A stretch of 24,000 bases of DNA from Aidingimonas lacisalsi (GTDB taxonomy: Bacteria > Pseudomonadota > Gammaproteobacteria > Pseudomonadales > Halomonadaceae): positions 481,196 to 505,195 of the forward strand of contig NZ_VRYH01000001.1 of the NCBI RefSeq assembly GCF_008079445.1, written 5' to 3'. Position numbers and translations under genes: made by a program. Positions 1-9,122 of this stretch are shown here, one piece after another. Under the pieces are notes generated by a model. The model was not told the origin of the DNA and searched no databases. It saw only the letters and a program-made list of their open reading frames with translations. Within the stretch, counting starts at the first letter, position 1; every line of letters begins with the position of its first letter.

Positions 1-725
1 GTGGTGGATGGGCACTGACCATTCCCACGGCGTTGACCGTTCAGAACGGTGACGATGTGCAGCGTGTCCTCCCTTGTCGAGGTGATGACATGCGCGCCAT
101 GGCATCGGTGCTCGATGATTTTTCGGTAGCGGCTATCAAAGTGGGGTTGATTGCTAGCCTCGATGCATTGGATGCGGTTGTGGATATCATCCAACGTTAT
201 CCCGGTGTCCCTCTGGTCCTGGATCCGGTCTTGAAAAGTGGAGGCGGCACAGAGTTATACACAACCGAATTGATCGATGCTTGTCGTGATCGGTTGCTCC
301 CCCTTGTGGATATCCTGACGCCCAACCGTTATGAATTAGCATGTCTGGCCGGCGACAGTTGGGATAACGACACGGATCGTGCTGTAGCGCTACTGTCGTT
401 GGGGTGCCAGGCTGTCTTGGTTACCGCGACCGATGAGCCATTACCCAACACCTCGTCCGAATGCGTGATGCACACCTTGCATACACCGGACAACGGCAGG
501 CAATGGCACTGGCCAAGACTTCCCGATCATTTTCATGGTTCCGGGTGTACCCTGGCCGCGTCTTTGGCCGTACGGTTGGCATCCGGCGAGAGCTTGATTC
601 AAGCCTGTGAGCAGGCCCAGTCCTATACTTGGCAATCCTTGCGCCATGGTTGGCGTCCGGGCGATGGCCAGTGTTTTCCCCGTCGTCTGTGGCGCCACTC
701 CACCCATCCGTTTTCAATGGAGTGA
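1..725 (+). CDS. thiD: Hydroxymethylpyrimidine/phosphomethylpyrimidine kinase, 5'-truncated by window edge
   Basis: Open frame continues upstream of the listed M to the window edge (GGWALTIPTALTVQNGDDVQRV...). ThiD-like IKVGLIAS, LVLDPVLKSGGG, LTPNRYE and HGSGCTLAASLA motifs. Lies next to thiE. Confidence 0.88.
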   Translation, partial: GGWALTIPTALTVQNGDDVQRVLPCRGDDMRAMASVLDDFSVAAIKVGLIASLDALDAVVDIIQRYPGVPLVLDPVLKSGGGTELYTTELIDACRDRLLPLVDILTPNRYELACLAGDSWDNDTDRAVALLSLGCQAVLVTATDEPLPNTSSECVMHTLHTPDNGRQWHWPRLPDHFHGSGCTLAASLAVRLASGESLIQACEQAQSYTWQSLRHGWRPGDGQCFPRRLWRHSTHPFSME

Positions 726-729
726 ACGC

Positions 730-1398
730 ATGGAGCTCCACTGGAAGCAAGGTATCTACGCCATTACCGATAGTCACCTGTTGCCCGACGACCACACGCT
801 ATTTTCAGCCTGCGAAGCGGCACTGGAGGGCGGACTGGCGTTGCTGCAATACCGTGACAAGTCATCTGATCCGGATAAACGCTGGCGTCAGTCACAGGGT
901 CTGGCCGCTCTATGTCGTGGGCATGGTGTACCGTTGATCATCAATGATGACCTTGAGCTGGCATGGCGATTGCGTTGCGCAGGGTATCGACACGTCGGTT
1001 TGCACCTGGGGCAGGAGGATGGCGCGATAGGTGAGGCACGTGCAAGGCTTGGACCCGATGCCATTATTGGTTCCACCTGCCATGACAGTCTGGATCTGGC
1101 GAAACAAGCCTCCCGGGAAGGTGCCAGTTATCTCGCATTCGGTCGCTTCTTCGCTTCATCCACCAAACCGGAAGCGCCGTCTGCGAGACTCGAGTGTCTT
1201 GAGAAAGCGGCGGTCTTTGGTTTACCGCGAGTCGCGATTGGGGGGATCGGGGCAGAAAATATGATGATGGCCAGGAGAGCCGGGGCCGACCTGCTTGCCA
1301 TGGTCGGTAGTGTGTTCCGCCATGAAGATCCACGAACGCGTGTCGCATGGCTGAATCAACGGCTGGACAACCCGCGATTTGCACCTGACCATGAATAG
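730..1398 (+). CDS. thiE: Thiamine-phosphate synthase
   Basis: MELHWKQGIYAITDSHLL..., LLQYRDKS, LIINDD, VGLHLGQED, YLAFGRFFASSTKP, VAIGGIG are ThiE motifs. The ORF-track start at 607 is too early; ATG at 730 fits. Confidence 0.9.
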   Translation: MELHWKQGIYAITDSHLLPDDHTLFSACEAALEGGLALLQYRDKSSDPDKRWRQSQGLAALCRGHGVPLIINDDLELAWRLRCAGYRHVGLHLGQEDGAIGEARARLGPDAIIGSTCHDSLDLAKQASREGASYLAFGRFFASSTKPEAPSARLECLEKAAVFGLPRVAIGGIGAENMMMARRAGADLLAMVGSVFRHEDPRTRVAWLNQRLDNPRFAPDHE

Positions 1399-1517
1399 AG
1401 CATGCGCATCGTGACCGATGGCGTTACCGTTTCATTACCTATCCACAAGGTGGCTAGCTGTTATCCAAAGGGTTATCCACAGCTTGTCATCAAGATTCTT
1501 GATGCATGAGGGCCTTC

Positions 1518-2807
1518 ATGACCACATCCGCTGAGCTGTTCGAACAGGCATGTCGTTACATTCCAGGGGGAGTCAATTCTCCGGTACGTGCCTTCAAGGG
1601 CATGGATCGGGCGCCCCGGTTCATCGAGCGTTCTCAAGGAGCCTATCTATTCGATGTGGAAAGCAACCATTATGTCGATTATGTCGGCTCCTGGGGACCG
1701 ATGATCACCGGCCATGCCGACCCGGAGGTACTCGCTGCCGTCCGTGACAGGCTTGACGACGGTCTCTCCTTCGGGACGCCGACGGCCATCGAAACCACCA
1801 TGGCTGAGTCGATCTGTGAATTGATCCCGACCATCGAGATGGTTCGCATGGTCAACTCCGGTACCGAGGCCACCATGTCCGCCGTGCGTTTGGCCCGTGG
1901 CTATACCGGTCGCGATAAAATCGTCAAGTTCGAGGGCAATTACCATGGTCATACCGACTCGCTGCTGGTCAAGGCCGGTTCCGGAGCACTGACCCACGGT
2001 GAACCCAGCTCTCCCGGTATTCCAGCGTCGTTGGCTGAGCATACCGTGACCCTGTCGTATAATGACATCGAAGCCGTGGAAGCCTGTTTCGAGGAGATTG
2101 GCGATCAGGTGGCCTGCATCATCGTCGAGCCGGTAGCCGGCAACATGAATTGCATTCCTCCTTCGCCGGATTTCTTGCAGGGGCTGCGACGTGTCTGCAA
2201 CGAACATGGCAGTTTGCTGGTTTTCGATGAGGTGATGACTGGATTCCGTGTCGCCTTGGGGGGAGCGCAAGCTCATTATGGCGTGATGCCGGATCTGACG
2301 TGTCTGGGCAAGATCGTCGGTGGCGGCATGCCGGTGGGGGCATTCGGCGGCAGTCGCGAAATCATGTCCTGGATATCTCCGTTGGGTCCGGTTTACCAGG
2401 CTGGAACACTGGCTGGTAACCCGCTGGCCATGGCTGCAGGCATAACGCTTTTGAACAAGATTCGTGAGCCCGGTTTTCATGATGCGCTGGCCCAGCGTGT
2501 CGATACCCTGTGTTCCGGACTCGAAGCTCGTGCCCAGGCGGCAGGAGTGGATATGATAACGCAGCATGTTGGCGGCATGTTCGGAGTCTTCTTTACTCAC
2601 CAGACGAGCGTCGACAATTTCGCGCAGGTAGCGGCTTGCGATGCTGAGATGTTTCGTCGCTTCTTTTCGCGAATGCTCGATCAGGGCGTTTATCTGGCAC
2701 CGTCCCCCTTCGAGGCCGGTTTCATGTCAAGTGCGCATACGCCGGAAGACATCCAGAAGACATTGGATGGGGCTGAGAAGGTATTCGATAGTCTGGGTCG
2801 AACTTGA
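1518..2807 (+). CDS. hemL: Glutamate-1-semialdehyde 2,1-aminomutase
   Basis: [73 protein letters not shown]. Start at 1518 preceded by GAGGG; 1506 is an alternative. Confidence 0.96.
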   Translation: MTTSAELFEQACRYIPGGVNSPVRAFKGMDRAPRFIERSQGAYLFDVESNHYVDYVGSWGPMITGHADPEVLAAVRDRLDDGLSFGTPTAIETTMAESICELIPTIEMVRMVNSGTEATMSAVRLARGYTGRDKIVKFEGNYHGHTDSLLVKAGSGALTHGEPSSPGIPASLAEHTVTLSYNDIEAVEACFEEIGDQVACIIVEPVAGNMNCIPPSPDFLQGLRRVCNEHGSLLVFDEVMTGFRVALGGAQAHYGVMPDLTCLGKIVGGGMPVGAFGGSREIMSWISPLGPVYQAGTLAGNPLAMAAGITLLNKIREPGFHDALAQRVDTLCSGLEARAQAAGVDMITQHVGGMFGVFFTHQTSVDNFAQVAACDAEMFRRFFSRMLDQGVYLAPSPFEAGFMSSAHTPEDIQKTLDGAEKVFDSLGRT

Positions 2808-2848
2808 CAGAATAGCGGGTGATCAACCGGGTGGTCAGGAGGGAAACG

Positions 2849-4402
2849 GTGAGCGATGCGTTGATTCAGGCGCTGAGTCATCCAGCGTGTTACGAGCCCT
2901 CGGTGCAAGAAGTCGAATGTCTCGAGACGCCGATGGCGTGGGTATTGTTGACAGGGGATTATGCCTACAAGGTCAGCAAACCTCTGACCCTGGGTAACGT
3001 CATTGATCGCTCGACCCTGGAACAGCGTCGATCTCTTTGTGAACGAGAGGTACGACTCAGTCGACGCGTTGCACCCCATCATCGTTTAAGCGTAGTGCCT
3101 ATCTCCGGCACCCCTGAGTCGCCTCGCTTGGGCGATGACTCCGCCCCCATCGAGTATGCGGTAAAAATGTACCAGTTGAGTCCTCGCCGCTTATTCAGTG
3201 CATGGCAGGCCGGCGGGCAATTCTCTCGCGAACTGGTCGATGAGCTGATCGTTCAACTGGTTGATTTCCATGAATGTGCGGAAACGGCATTGCCTGGGTC
3301 CATGGAGACTCGTGTTGAGTCCGTTCGGGATAATATCGAGCTGGAGTTCGAGCGGATCCTGCCCCAGCTTCAAGATGCTTCTGAATTGCACCGCCTGGCC
3401 TTGTTGCGAACCTGGGCTGCGGAGGCGTTTGCTCGTTTACGAGCTGTGTTATCAATACGCTATGAGCAGGGAAGCGTACGTAAGATACCCCAGGATTTTC
3501 GCTGTCGCCATGTCGATCATGATGGCGTTGCCTGGTCCTTTGATCGGGTCGCTGCGTTGGATCGGGAGCCTTGGATCGATGTGGGTGGCGATCTGGCAGG
3601 TCTGCTGGTTGAACTGGAAGCTCGAGGCGAACGCCCGTTGGCACGACATGCTTTGAATCGTTACCTGGAACTCTCGGGAGATTATGATCTAGCCAGAGTA
3701 TTAGACTACTTCAAGGTCTATCGTGCCCTGGAGCGTGCCAGAGGTATCCTCCAGGAGGCTGGGACGCAGGGAATCGGGCCCTTGCAATACGAACGTTGTC
3801 GTGACTATCTGGCACTAGCGGAAAGTGACAGTGAATTCCGTTTCCCCTATCTGTTGATCGGCGCCGGGGTATCGGGAAGTGGGAAGAGCCGCTTCACTGG
3901 TGAGACAATTCGACGTCTAGGCGGTATTCGACTGCGTTCCGATGTCGAGCGAATGCGCTTGTTCGGCTGTGAGTCTGACGAAGCGAAAGAGACGATTGAT
4001 GCCAATCTCTATGGACCCAGAAATACGCAACGTACCTATCGACGTCTCGCTGAATTGACGGGCATTCTTCTGGAATCGGGATTACCCGTTTGTATCGATG
4101 CGACTTGTCTGAAACGCCAGCAACGTGATCTGCTTGCCTGGCAGGCAGAAGGGCGAGGCTTGCCGGTGATCATTGTCAGCTTCGAAGCGGATGAGGCCAC
4201 GCTTCGTTCCCGTATTCAAAAACGCTCGCGAGGTATTGATGATTCCTCGATGAGCGGGCTGGCGATTCTGGAGCATCAGCTTGCCGAACGTGAGCCTTTT
4301 GGTGACGACGAGCGACGTAGACTGATTCATCTTGATACGACAGCCGACAATGCTACCGATAATTTAGTGAGCTTGATTCAGACGCATATGCGACTGGACT
4401 GA
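2849..4402 (+). CDS. Two-domain protein: aminoglycoside-phosphotransferase-like N-terminus and P-loop AAA/kinase-like C-terminus
   Basis: C-terminal P-loop GAGVSGSGKSRFT; N-terminal VKMYQLSPRRLF, DFHECAET, RCRHVDHDGVAWSFD. GTG start at 2849 has an AGGAGGG Shine-Dalgarno; listed start is 2819. Confidence 0.75.
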   Translation: MSDALIQALSHPACYEPSVQEVECLETPMAWVLLTGDYAYKVSKPLTLGNVIDRSTLEQRRSLCEREVRLSRRVAPHHRLSVVPISGTPESPRLGDDSAPIEYAVKMYQLSPRRLFSAWQAGGQFSRELVDELIVQLVDFHECAETALPGSMETRVESVRDNIELEFERILPQLQDASELHRLALLRTWAAEAFARLRAVLSIRYEQGSVRKIPQDFRCRHVDHDGVAWSFDRVAALDREPWIDVGGDLAGLLVELEARGERPLARHALNRYLELSGDYDLARVLDYFKVYRALERARGILQEAGTQGIGPLQYERCRDYLALAESDSEFRFPYLLIGAGVSGSGKSRFTGETIRRLGGIRLRSDVERMRLFGCESDEAKETIDANLYGPRNTQRTYRRLAELTGILLESGLPVCIDATCLKRQQRDLLAWQAEGRGLPVIIVSFEADEATLRSRIQKRSRGIDDSSMSGLAILEHQLAEREPFGDDERRRLIHLDTTADNATDNLVSLIQTHMRLD

Positions 4403-4583
4403 GATACGCACCGTTCAACTCATGATGTAACAAATAAATTACGTTGTGTTTTCGGGTAACTGATTGTTCGCTAACGAGAAGACAAAATAGCAATAGTATT
4501 TCGCGAAAATTGTGTATCGTTGCTGAAACATGATTATGGTTTTTGTCCAGACCGTGCTCTTATCCTTCCTTTTTGTTTGTTCC

Positions 4584-4596
4584 CAATATATTGATT
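4584..4596 (-). promoter_or_regulatory. Candidate IHF binding site
   Basis: CAATATATTGATT is an exact match to the reverse complement of WATCAANNNNTTR, about 30 bp upstream of the -24/-12 candidate. Confidence 0.45.
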
Positions 4597-4626
4597 ATTA
4601 ATGGTTTTTATCCCTTGAAGCCATTT

Positions 4627-4642
4627 TGGCATATATCATGCC
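4627..4642 (+). promoter_or_regulatory. Candidate sigma54 -24/-12 promoter for module A
   Basis: TGGCATATATCATGCC: correct GG-N10-GC spacing and TGGCA -24 box; -12 box (ATGCC) is imperfect. Confidence 0.5.
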
Positions 4643-4670
4643 CCATCTTGTTACCATGAAAAGACACTGT

Positions 4671-4697
4671 ATATCAGTGGATGTTTGTCACTGATAT
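4671..4697. promoter_or_regulatory. Perfect 9-bp inverted repeat in the leader region of module A
   Basis: ATATCAGTG-GATGTTTGT-CACTGATAT. Confidence 0.6.
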
Positions 4698-4781
4698 CGG
4701 TGATGACTTCTCTGATGATGCCAGAAAGTACGATTTTCATGGGCGAAATGAATAAATCATGCATGATAAGGGAGATTCACC

Positions 4782-5924
4782 ATGAAGAAGTATGTACTAG
4801 CGGGAACAACGATGTTGGCCTTGGTCATGGCGATTTCCACTGCCAGTGCCAACCCCTTCAACAAGCAGATCGGCACGGATGATAGTGGCGATCAATCAAA
4901 TAATCTGACATCGACAGCGGCAGCAACAGGCGGAGACAGTGGTTTTTCGCTGGGTGGTAGCGGTGGTGATGGCTCCAGTGACGCTTCCGTCAAAGCCAAG
5001 AATTATCTGGATGAGGTCGACGACGACGATAACGCTGGAACACAGACCGCGGCGGGTACAGCCACCAGTGGAACAGGGACTGGCGGTGCGGGTGGTGCCG
5101 GCGGTGCTACTGGACGCGGTGGCGATGCCTGGGCCATGAGTGAATCCTACAACACCATCACCGAAGTCATTGCCTATCAGGACCTGGAATCCCAAGTCAC
5201 CGGCTCCAGGGTATATATCACGGCAGGTGATGGAGCCATGGGGGGGGCCGGCGATGATGGTGGCGATGCGTTTGCTGCCTCTGTCGGAGTCGGTGTTGGT
5301 GGTGAAGGCGGTAAAGGTGAAGGGGGTGATGGCGGTAAGTCCTACGCCAAGGCAGGCGATGGTGACGATGGCGGTGATGGTACTGGTCTCGGTCTCGGAC
5401 TAGGCGCTGGTCAGGGTGGTGACGCTGACGCCGAGAATGATGACACCTATGCCAACAACGCAACCTTGGCTGGTCTAGCGGCTGTCGTCGAGGATGATGA
5501 CAATAATGCGACTGGCGGGGCGGCCACTGGCGGTGATGCCACGGCTTCATCAGCAGCAGCAGGCGGTACCGGTGGTGCCGGTAGTGGTACTGGCAGCGGT
5601 TCCGGTACGGGGACTGCCGGTGATGGCGGTAATGGCGGTAACGCAACAGCAGGAACTGGAGGTAGCGCTAACGGTAATGGCGGCGGCGGCGGTGGTGGCA
5701 CCGGCACCAGTGGCGATGCCATGGCGGCTGCCGGCAATGGTGGCAACGGTGGTAACGGCGGCAATGGCGGCAATGCAACGTTGGCAACCGGAACTGCCAG
5801 TATGTCAGCAGGCTCCGGAACCTTCGGGGGTATCGCCAACATGAACTTGTCCACCGGTATCTATAACTCTCAGTTGGCTGCCAGCAACGTTGCGGCACAT
5901 AGCAACGTCAACATTGGCAATTGA
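4782..5924 (+). CDS. Secreted Gly/Ala/Asp/Asn-rich low-complexity protein, candidate structural subunit of module A
   Basis: GGGAG Shine-Dalgarno, Sec signal MKKYVLAGTTMLALVMAISTASA, many GGxGG/GNGG runs, acidic DDDD/EDDD clusters, C-terminal NMNLSTGIYNSQLAASNVAAHSNVNIGN resembling the Fap repeat core. Confidence 0.85.
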   Translation: MKKYVLAGTTMLALVMAISTASANPFNKQIGTDDSGDQSNNLTSTAAATGGDSGFSLGGSGGDGSSDASVKAKNYLDEVDDDDNAGTQTAAGTATSGTGTGGAGGAGGATGRGGDAWAMSESYNTITEVIAYQDLESQVTGSRVYITAGDGAMGGAGDDGGDAFAASVGVGVGGEGGKGEGGDGGKSYAKAGDGDDGGDGTGLGLGLGAGQGGDADAENDDTYANNATLAGLAAVVEDDDNNATGGAATGGDATASSAAAGGTGGAGSGTGSGSGTGTAGDGGNGGNATAGTGGSANGNGGGGGGGTGTSGDAMAAAGNGGNGGNGGNGGNATLATGTASMSAGSGTFGGIANMNLSTGIYNSQLAASNVAAHSNVNIGN

Positions 5925-5958
5925 TGAGTGTTTGATACGGCTATAAAGCGGTAATCAT

Positions 5959-5989
5959 GGGTTGGCGGCATTGTCCGCCAACCCTTATT
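5959..5989 (+). terminator. Strong hairpin between the Gly-rich gene and the downstream genes; possible attenuator
   Basis: GGGTTGGCGG-CATTGT-CCGCCAACCC followed by TTATT; perfect 10-bp stem. Confidence 0.65.
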
Positions 5990-6028
5990 CGATCGATCTT
6001 TAGTGCGTCGGCACAGGAGCAGTTCATC

Positions 6029-6412
6029 ATGAAAAGATTCGACCGTTTGTCGCTGCAGCTGATTGGGATCGTCACGCTGGTGGGTCTTGCCGTTTCGCCT
6101 ATTCTTGCAGAAGAACTCCCATCTTCAACTGCCCGAGGATTCGATACTGTCGAAAAAATTGATGGCGACATTCTTGAAACCCTGAGAGGGAAAGAAGGGT
6201 TCGTTAATCTGACAAATGTTCAAAGCATTCAAAATCTTGATGCTAGCGTGAGTCATAGCAGCTTTTATGCCGATACTATACGCAGTGGTGCAATCACCAT
6301 CGAGGCTCAGGCACTAGAAAATTTTGGTGGGATCGGGTTATTCAACCTGGTTACCGGCAATAATAATGCTGTCAATAGTGGTGTTGGAGTAAGTATCTAC
6401 ATGGCTGAGTGA
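6029..6412 (+). CDS. Small exported protein with leader-like motif and one degenerate Fap-like repeat (FapA/FapB-like)
   Basis: Internal ATG at 6029 with AGGAG Shine-Dalgarno and signal MKRFDRLSLQLIGIVTLVGLAVSPILAEE; IDGDILETLRGK motif; GIGLFNLVTGNNNAVNSGVGVSI. Confidence 0.75.
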   Translation: MKRFDRLSLQLIGIVTLVGLAVSPILAEELPSSTARGFDTVEKIDGDILETLRGKEGFVNLTNVQSIQNLDASVSHSSFYADTIRSGAITIEAQALENFGGIGLFNLVTGNNNAVNSGVGVSIYMAE

Positions 6413-6424
6413 TGAGTAATTGAT

Positions 6425-7138
6425 ATGAAGAAACTGATTACCGGAATTATGGCGGCGACGGTGCTGACTGCATCATTTCAAATGATGAACGTTTCTTCAG
6501 CCTATGCTGGTTCTGTCAACATTGCCGGTTCCTTCGGCTCGTTTCAGGTTCCCAGCAAAAGTCTGGTTGAATTGCGTTGGGATCGTGTTGTGCCTCAGCA
6601 GTATGACTATAGTTGCGGATCCGCTGCCGTCGCGACGCTACTTACCTATCATTACGATCGCGAAACTTCCGAAGCGGAAGTCTTCGATCTCATGTTCGCT
6701 AGTGGCGATAAGGAGAAAATACAACAGCATGGATTTTCAATGCTTGATATGAAGCGCTACCTGGATGCTCAGAATCTTGATTCGGACGGTTTCCGCATCG
6801 AGCTGGACGATTTTATACGCATCGGGGTCCCTGCCATCACGTTAATCAATACCGGCGGTTACAAACATTTCGTGGTGATCAAAGGCATGGATGAAGATCG
6901 TGTTCTGGTTGGCGATCCGGCAGTAGGTACTGTCGTTGTGCCTAAGGAGCACTTCAGAAAGCTGTGGGACGGTACGGTGCTTGGAGCCAGGCGCGAAATG
7001 GAACTTGCTCAGCTTCACTTCAATCACGAAGATGATTGGCGTATCCGCCCCGATTCGCCGTTAAAGCAGGGTATGAGGCGTTCCGGTGTGGGTAGCGCCT
7101 TACTCGGTCTACCCGGTGATAACGAGATGGGCAAATAA
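6425..7138 (+). CDS. C39-like cysteine peptidase, FapD-like (module A)
   Basis: Signal peptide, QQYDYSCGSAAVATLLTY (Gln/Cys region), YKHFVVIKG (His), VLVGDPAVG (Asp). No transporter domain. Confidence 0.85.
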   Translation: MKKLITGIMAATVLTASFQMMNVSSAYAGSVNIAGSFGSFQVPSKSLVELRWDRVVPQQYDYSCGSAAVATLLTYHYDRETSEAEVFDLMFASGDKEKIQQHGFSMLDMKRYLDAQNLDSDGFRIELDDFIRIGVPAITLINTGGYKHFVVIKGMDEDRVLVGDPAVGTVVVPKEHFRKLWDGTVLGARREMELAQLHFNHEDDWRIRPDSPLKQGMRRSGVGSALLGLPGDNEMGK

Positions 7139-7146
7139 TAGCCTCA

Positions 7147-7845
7147 TTGGGGACGATGACCATGAACGTTTCGACTGGTGAATGGCAAGCCGGAGTTAGA
7201 AGGGACTCGCGAATAGTAAAGCGAAGAACGATCTGGCCGCTGGCATGGCTGTGTTTTTTCATATCTTCGACAACACCGGCGGGCTTTGTCGCTGAGATGG
7301 CAATTGACCCATTCGTGCCTGAAGTTGACGCACCCATGGCTGAGCCTCTGGCATTTTCTCAGCAGCCGGTTATCGATGCGTCCGAATTGGAGGGTATGCG
7401 TGGTGGTTTCAATATCGCGGGATTGGATGTCGATTTCGGAGCCAGATTAAGAACACAAATCGATAATATTCGCTATGAAACCGTGCTTAGCATCACTCAA
7501 GCAGGCACTAGTGTGGTATCGGAAACCTTGAATGATATGGGATTTCAAGCGAATCAGCAATTGATCCGGGTTGGTCAAGGTAGCGGGAGCTCATTGGAAA
7601 ATGTATTGCCAGCCAACGTGGCATTACCGGGATTGAATGAATTCAGTGGCGTCACTCTCAATGATCCCAAGGGTTTTTCGGCAGCACTGCATAACGTCAC
7701 TCGTGATGCTATCATGAGCTCAGTCGTGAGCAACGCATCTGACCGGGATATCCGGCAGTACATGAACCTTGATGTGAAGCTCAATAATGTCAATTCGCTG
7801 CGCGATGCCCAGCAGCGTTCAGTCATCATGAACTCATTGTTCTAG
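7147..7845 (+). CDS. Exported FapE-like/accessory protein of module A with a canonical double-glycine-like motif
   Basis: Hydrophobic signal segment (RRTIWPLAWLCFFISSTTPAGFVA) then IDASELEGMRGG|FNIAG. Same position after the C39 gene as the FapE-like gene of module B. Start could be 7147, 7156 or 7162. Confidence 0.6.
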   Translation: MGTMTMNVSTGEWQAGVRRDSRIVKRRTIWPLAWLCFFISSTTPAGFVAEMAIDPFVPEVDAPMAEPLAFSQQPVIDASELEGMRGGFNIAGLDVDFGARLRTQIDNIRYETVLSITQAGTSVVSETLNDMGFQANQQLIRVGQGSGSSLENVLPANVALPGLNEFSGVTLNDPKGFSAALHNVTRDAIMSSVVSNASDRDIRQYMNLDVKLNNVNSLRDAQQRSVIMNSLF

Positions 7846-7872
7846 ATGGCATGCTCTGATCTCACCTCCTTC

Positions 7873-7900
7873 AGGGCAAGCGAGATATCGCTTGCCCTTT
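7873..7900 (+). terminator. Rho-independent terminator of module A
   Basis: AGGGCAAGCG-AGATAT-CGCTTGCCCT followed by TT. Confidence 0.7.
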
Positions 7901-7961
7901 GTCTATGAGTTGCTGGCAATACCGGTCTTGGACTGTCTATTCCAGTTCGGCGTGCCTCCCA

Positions 7962-9035
7962 TTAAAAGACGTTCATGCCAAACGGAATCCGTAGTGTCAA
8001 CATGGTGTCGGGTGCATCATCAGTGACTCCAAGCTCCAGTCCCAGATTGACCGATGTATCCTGTGAAAGCTGATAGGACCAGCCCAGAAGCAGTGAACCG
8101 ACATTCAGGGTGCTGGATTGAGTACTAACACTATTGCCATCATCGTCAGTGAAACGGGTCTTGGTTTTATTGATGAAATCGTTCTTGTACCCAAGTGTGA
8201 ACGACGAACGTTCGTTGATGGAATAAGCCATGCCAAAACTCACACGAACGGCGTCTCCCGGGTCAACTTCACCGACGAAGAGATCACCTACCGGTTCATC
8301 GATATCGTCCTTCATATTGTAAAGATAGCCAAAATTGGCAAAGTAGACGGCCGGGTCCGAGGGAAACAGAAGCGTCAGGCTAGGTTCGATCGAGTGAAAA
8401 CCAGAGCCCGTCGCCAATTCGCGTTCGATGCCGTCCGCATCGCGGCGGATATCGAAAGGTCCCTCGCCGGTCGTCGATTTATATCTGAGATTGCCAATGA
8501 AATATGGCCAGCCATCCTGGCCTCGATTCATTTGATAGTGGGCGGCGATCTCGATATCTCCTAGCCCGTTTCCCGTCAGGCTTCTATCTGTACTGAATCC
8601 TTGTGCATCGGGAACCGTGGCATAGAGTGTGTCGTCGCGGTAGACATAAGGTACTTTCAGCTCCAGTTCCAGCCGGTCGGTGACTCCCAAGCGACCAGTT
8701 ACCGAGGCCGTCATGGTATCTCGGTCGGCGTCTTCGGCTTCGAATACGCCGATCAAAAAGGTACTCAATATTTCGATACCGCGAAATGTGAGCCTATTGA
8801 CGCTGGCATGGGAGTATTGTATTTCCGGTTCGATGACAAGACGCCCTTTGGGAGTAAGAACACCACCGATATCGGGAATGGCCTGAATTTCGGGTTGTTC
8901 TTGCTGAATTTCGGGTGCTTGTCCTACGGGTTGCTGCTCTGCAGAATTCCGGTTATTGGCATCCTGAGCCAGCACTTGACTGGCCAGAAGAAGAAGGCTC
9001 AGCCCGGTCATGCTTGTGAGGATTTTTGAGTTCAT
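7962..9035 (-). CDS. Outer-membrane beta-barrel, FapF-like (module A), inverted
   Basis: Start at 9035 gives signal MNSKILTSMTGLSLLLLASQVLAQ with GGGGAGA upstream; RLVIEPEIQYSHAS, VTDRLELELKVPYVYRD, C-terminal TLRIPFGMNVF. Parallels the module B barrel throughout. Confidence 0.8.
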   Translation of the reverse strand: MNSKILTSMTGLSLLLLASQVLAQDANNRNSAEQQPVGQAPEIQQEQPEIQAIPDIGGVLTPKGRLVIEPEIQYSHASVNRLTFRGIEILSTFLIGVFEAEDADRDTMTASVTGRLGVTDRLELELKVPYVYRDDTLYATVPDAQGFSTDRSLTGNGLGDIEIAAHYQMNRGQDGWPYFIGNLRYKSTTGEGPFDIRRDADGIERELATGSGFHSIEPSLTLLFPSDPAVYFANFGYLYNMKDDIDEPVGDLFVGEVDPGDAVRVSFGMAYSINERSSFTLGYKNDFINKTKTRFTDDDGNSVSTQSSTLNVGSLLLGWSYQLSQDTSVNLGLELGVTDDAPDTMLTLRIPFGMNVF

Positions 9036-9122
9036 GTCGTTGTCTCCCCTGAGACCCCTTGTTGAATGTTGAATGATGCATGACATTATTACGTTGTCGG
9101 CCTGGCGATGGTCCTCCTATGC

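Noticed and set aside
5218-5898. Antisense ORFs (5218-5646, 5447-5854, 5668-5898, minus) encoding His/Arg/Tyr-rich or Pro/Ala-rich repeats, and plus-strand ORF 5494-5844
   Set aside because: They are shadow frames of the GGN-rich coding sequence; low complexity mirrors the Gly codons, with no signal or plausible start context.
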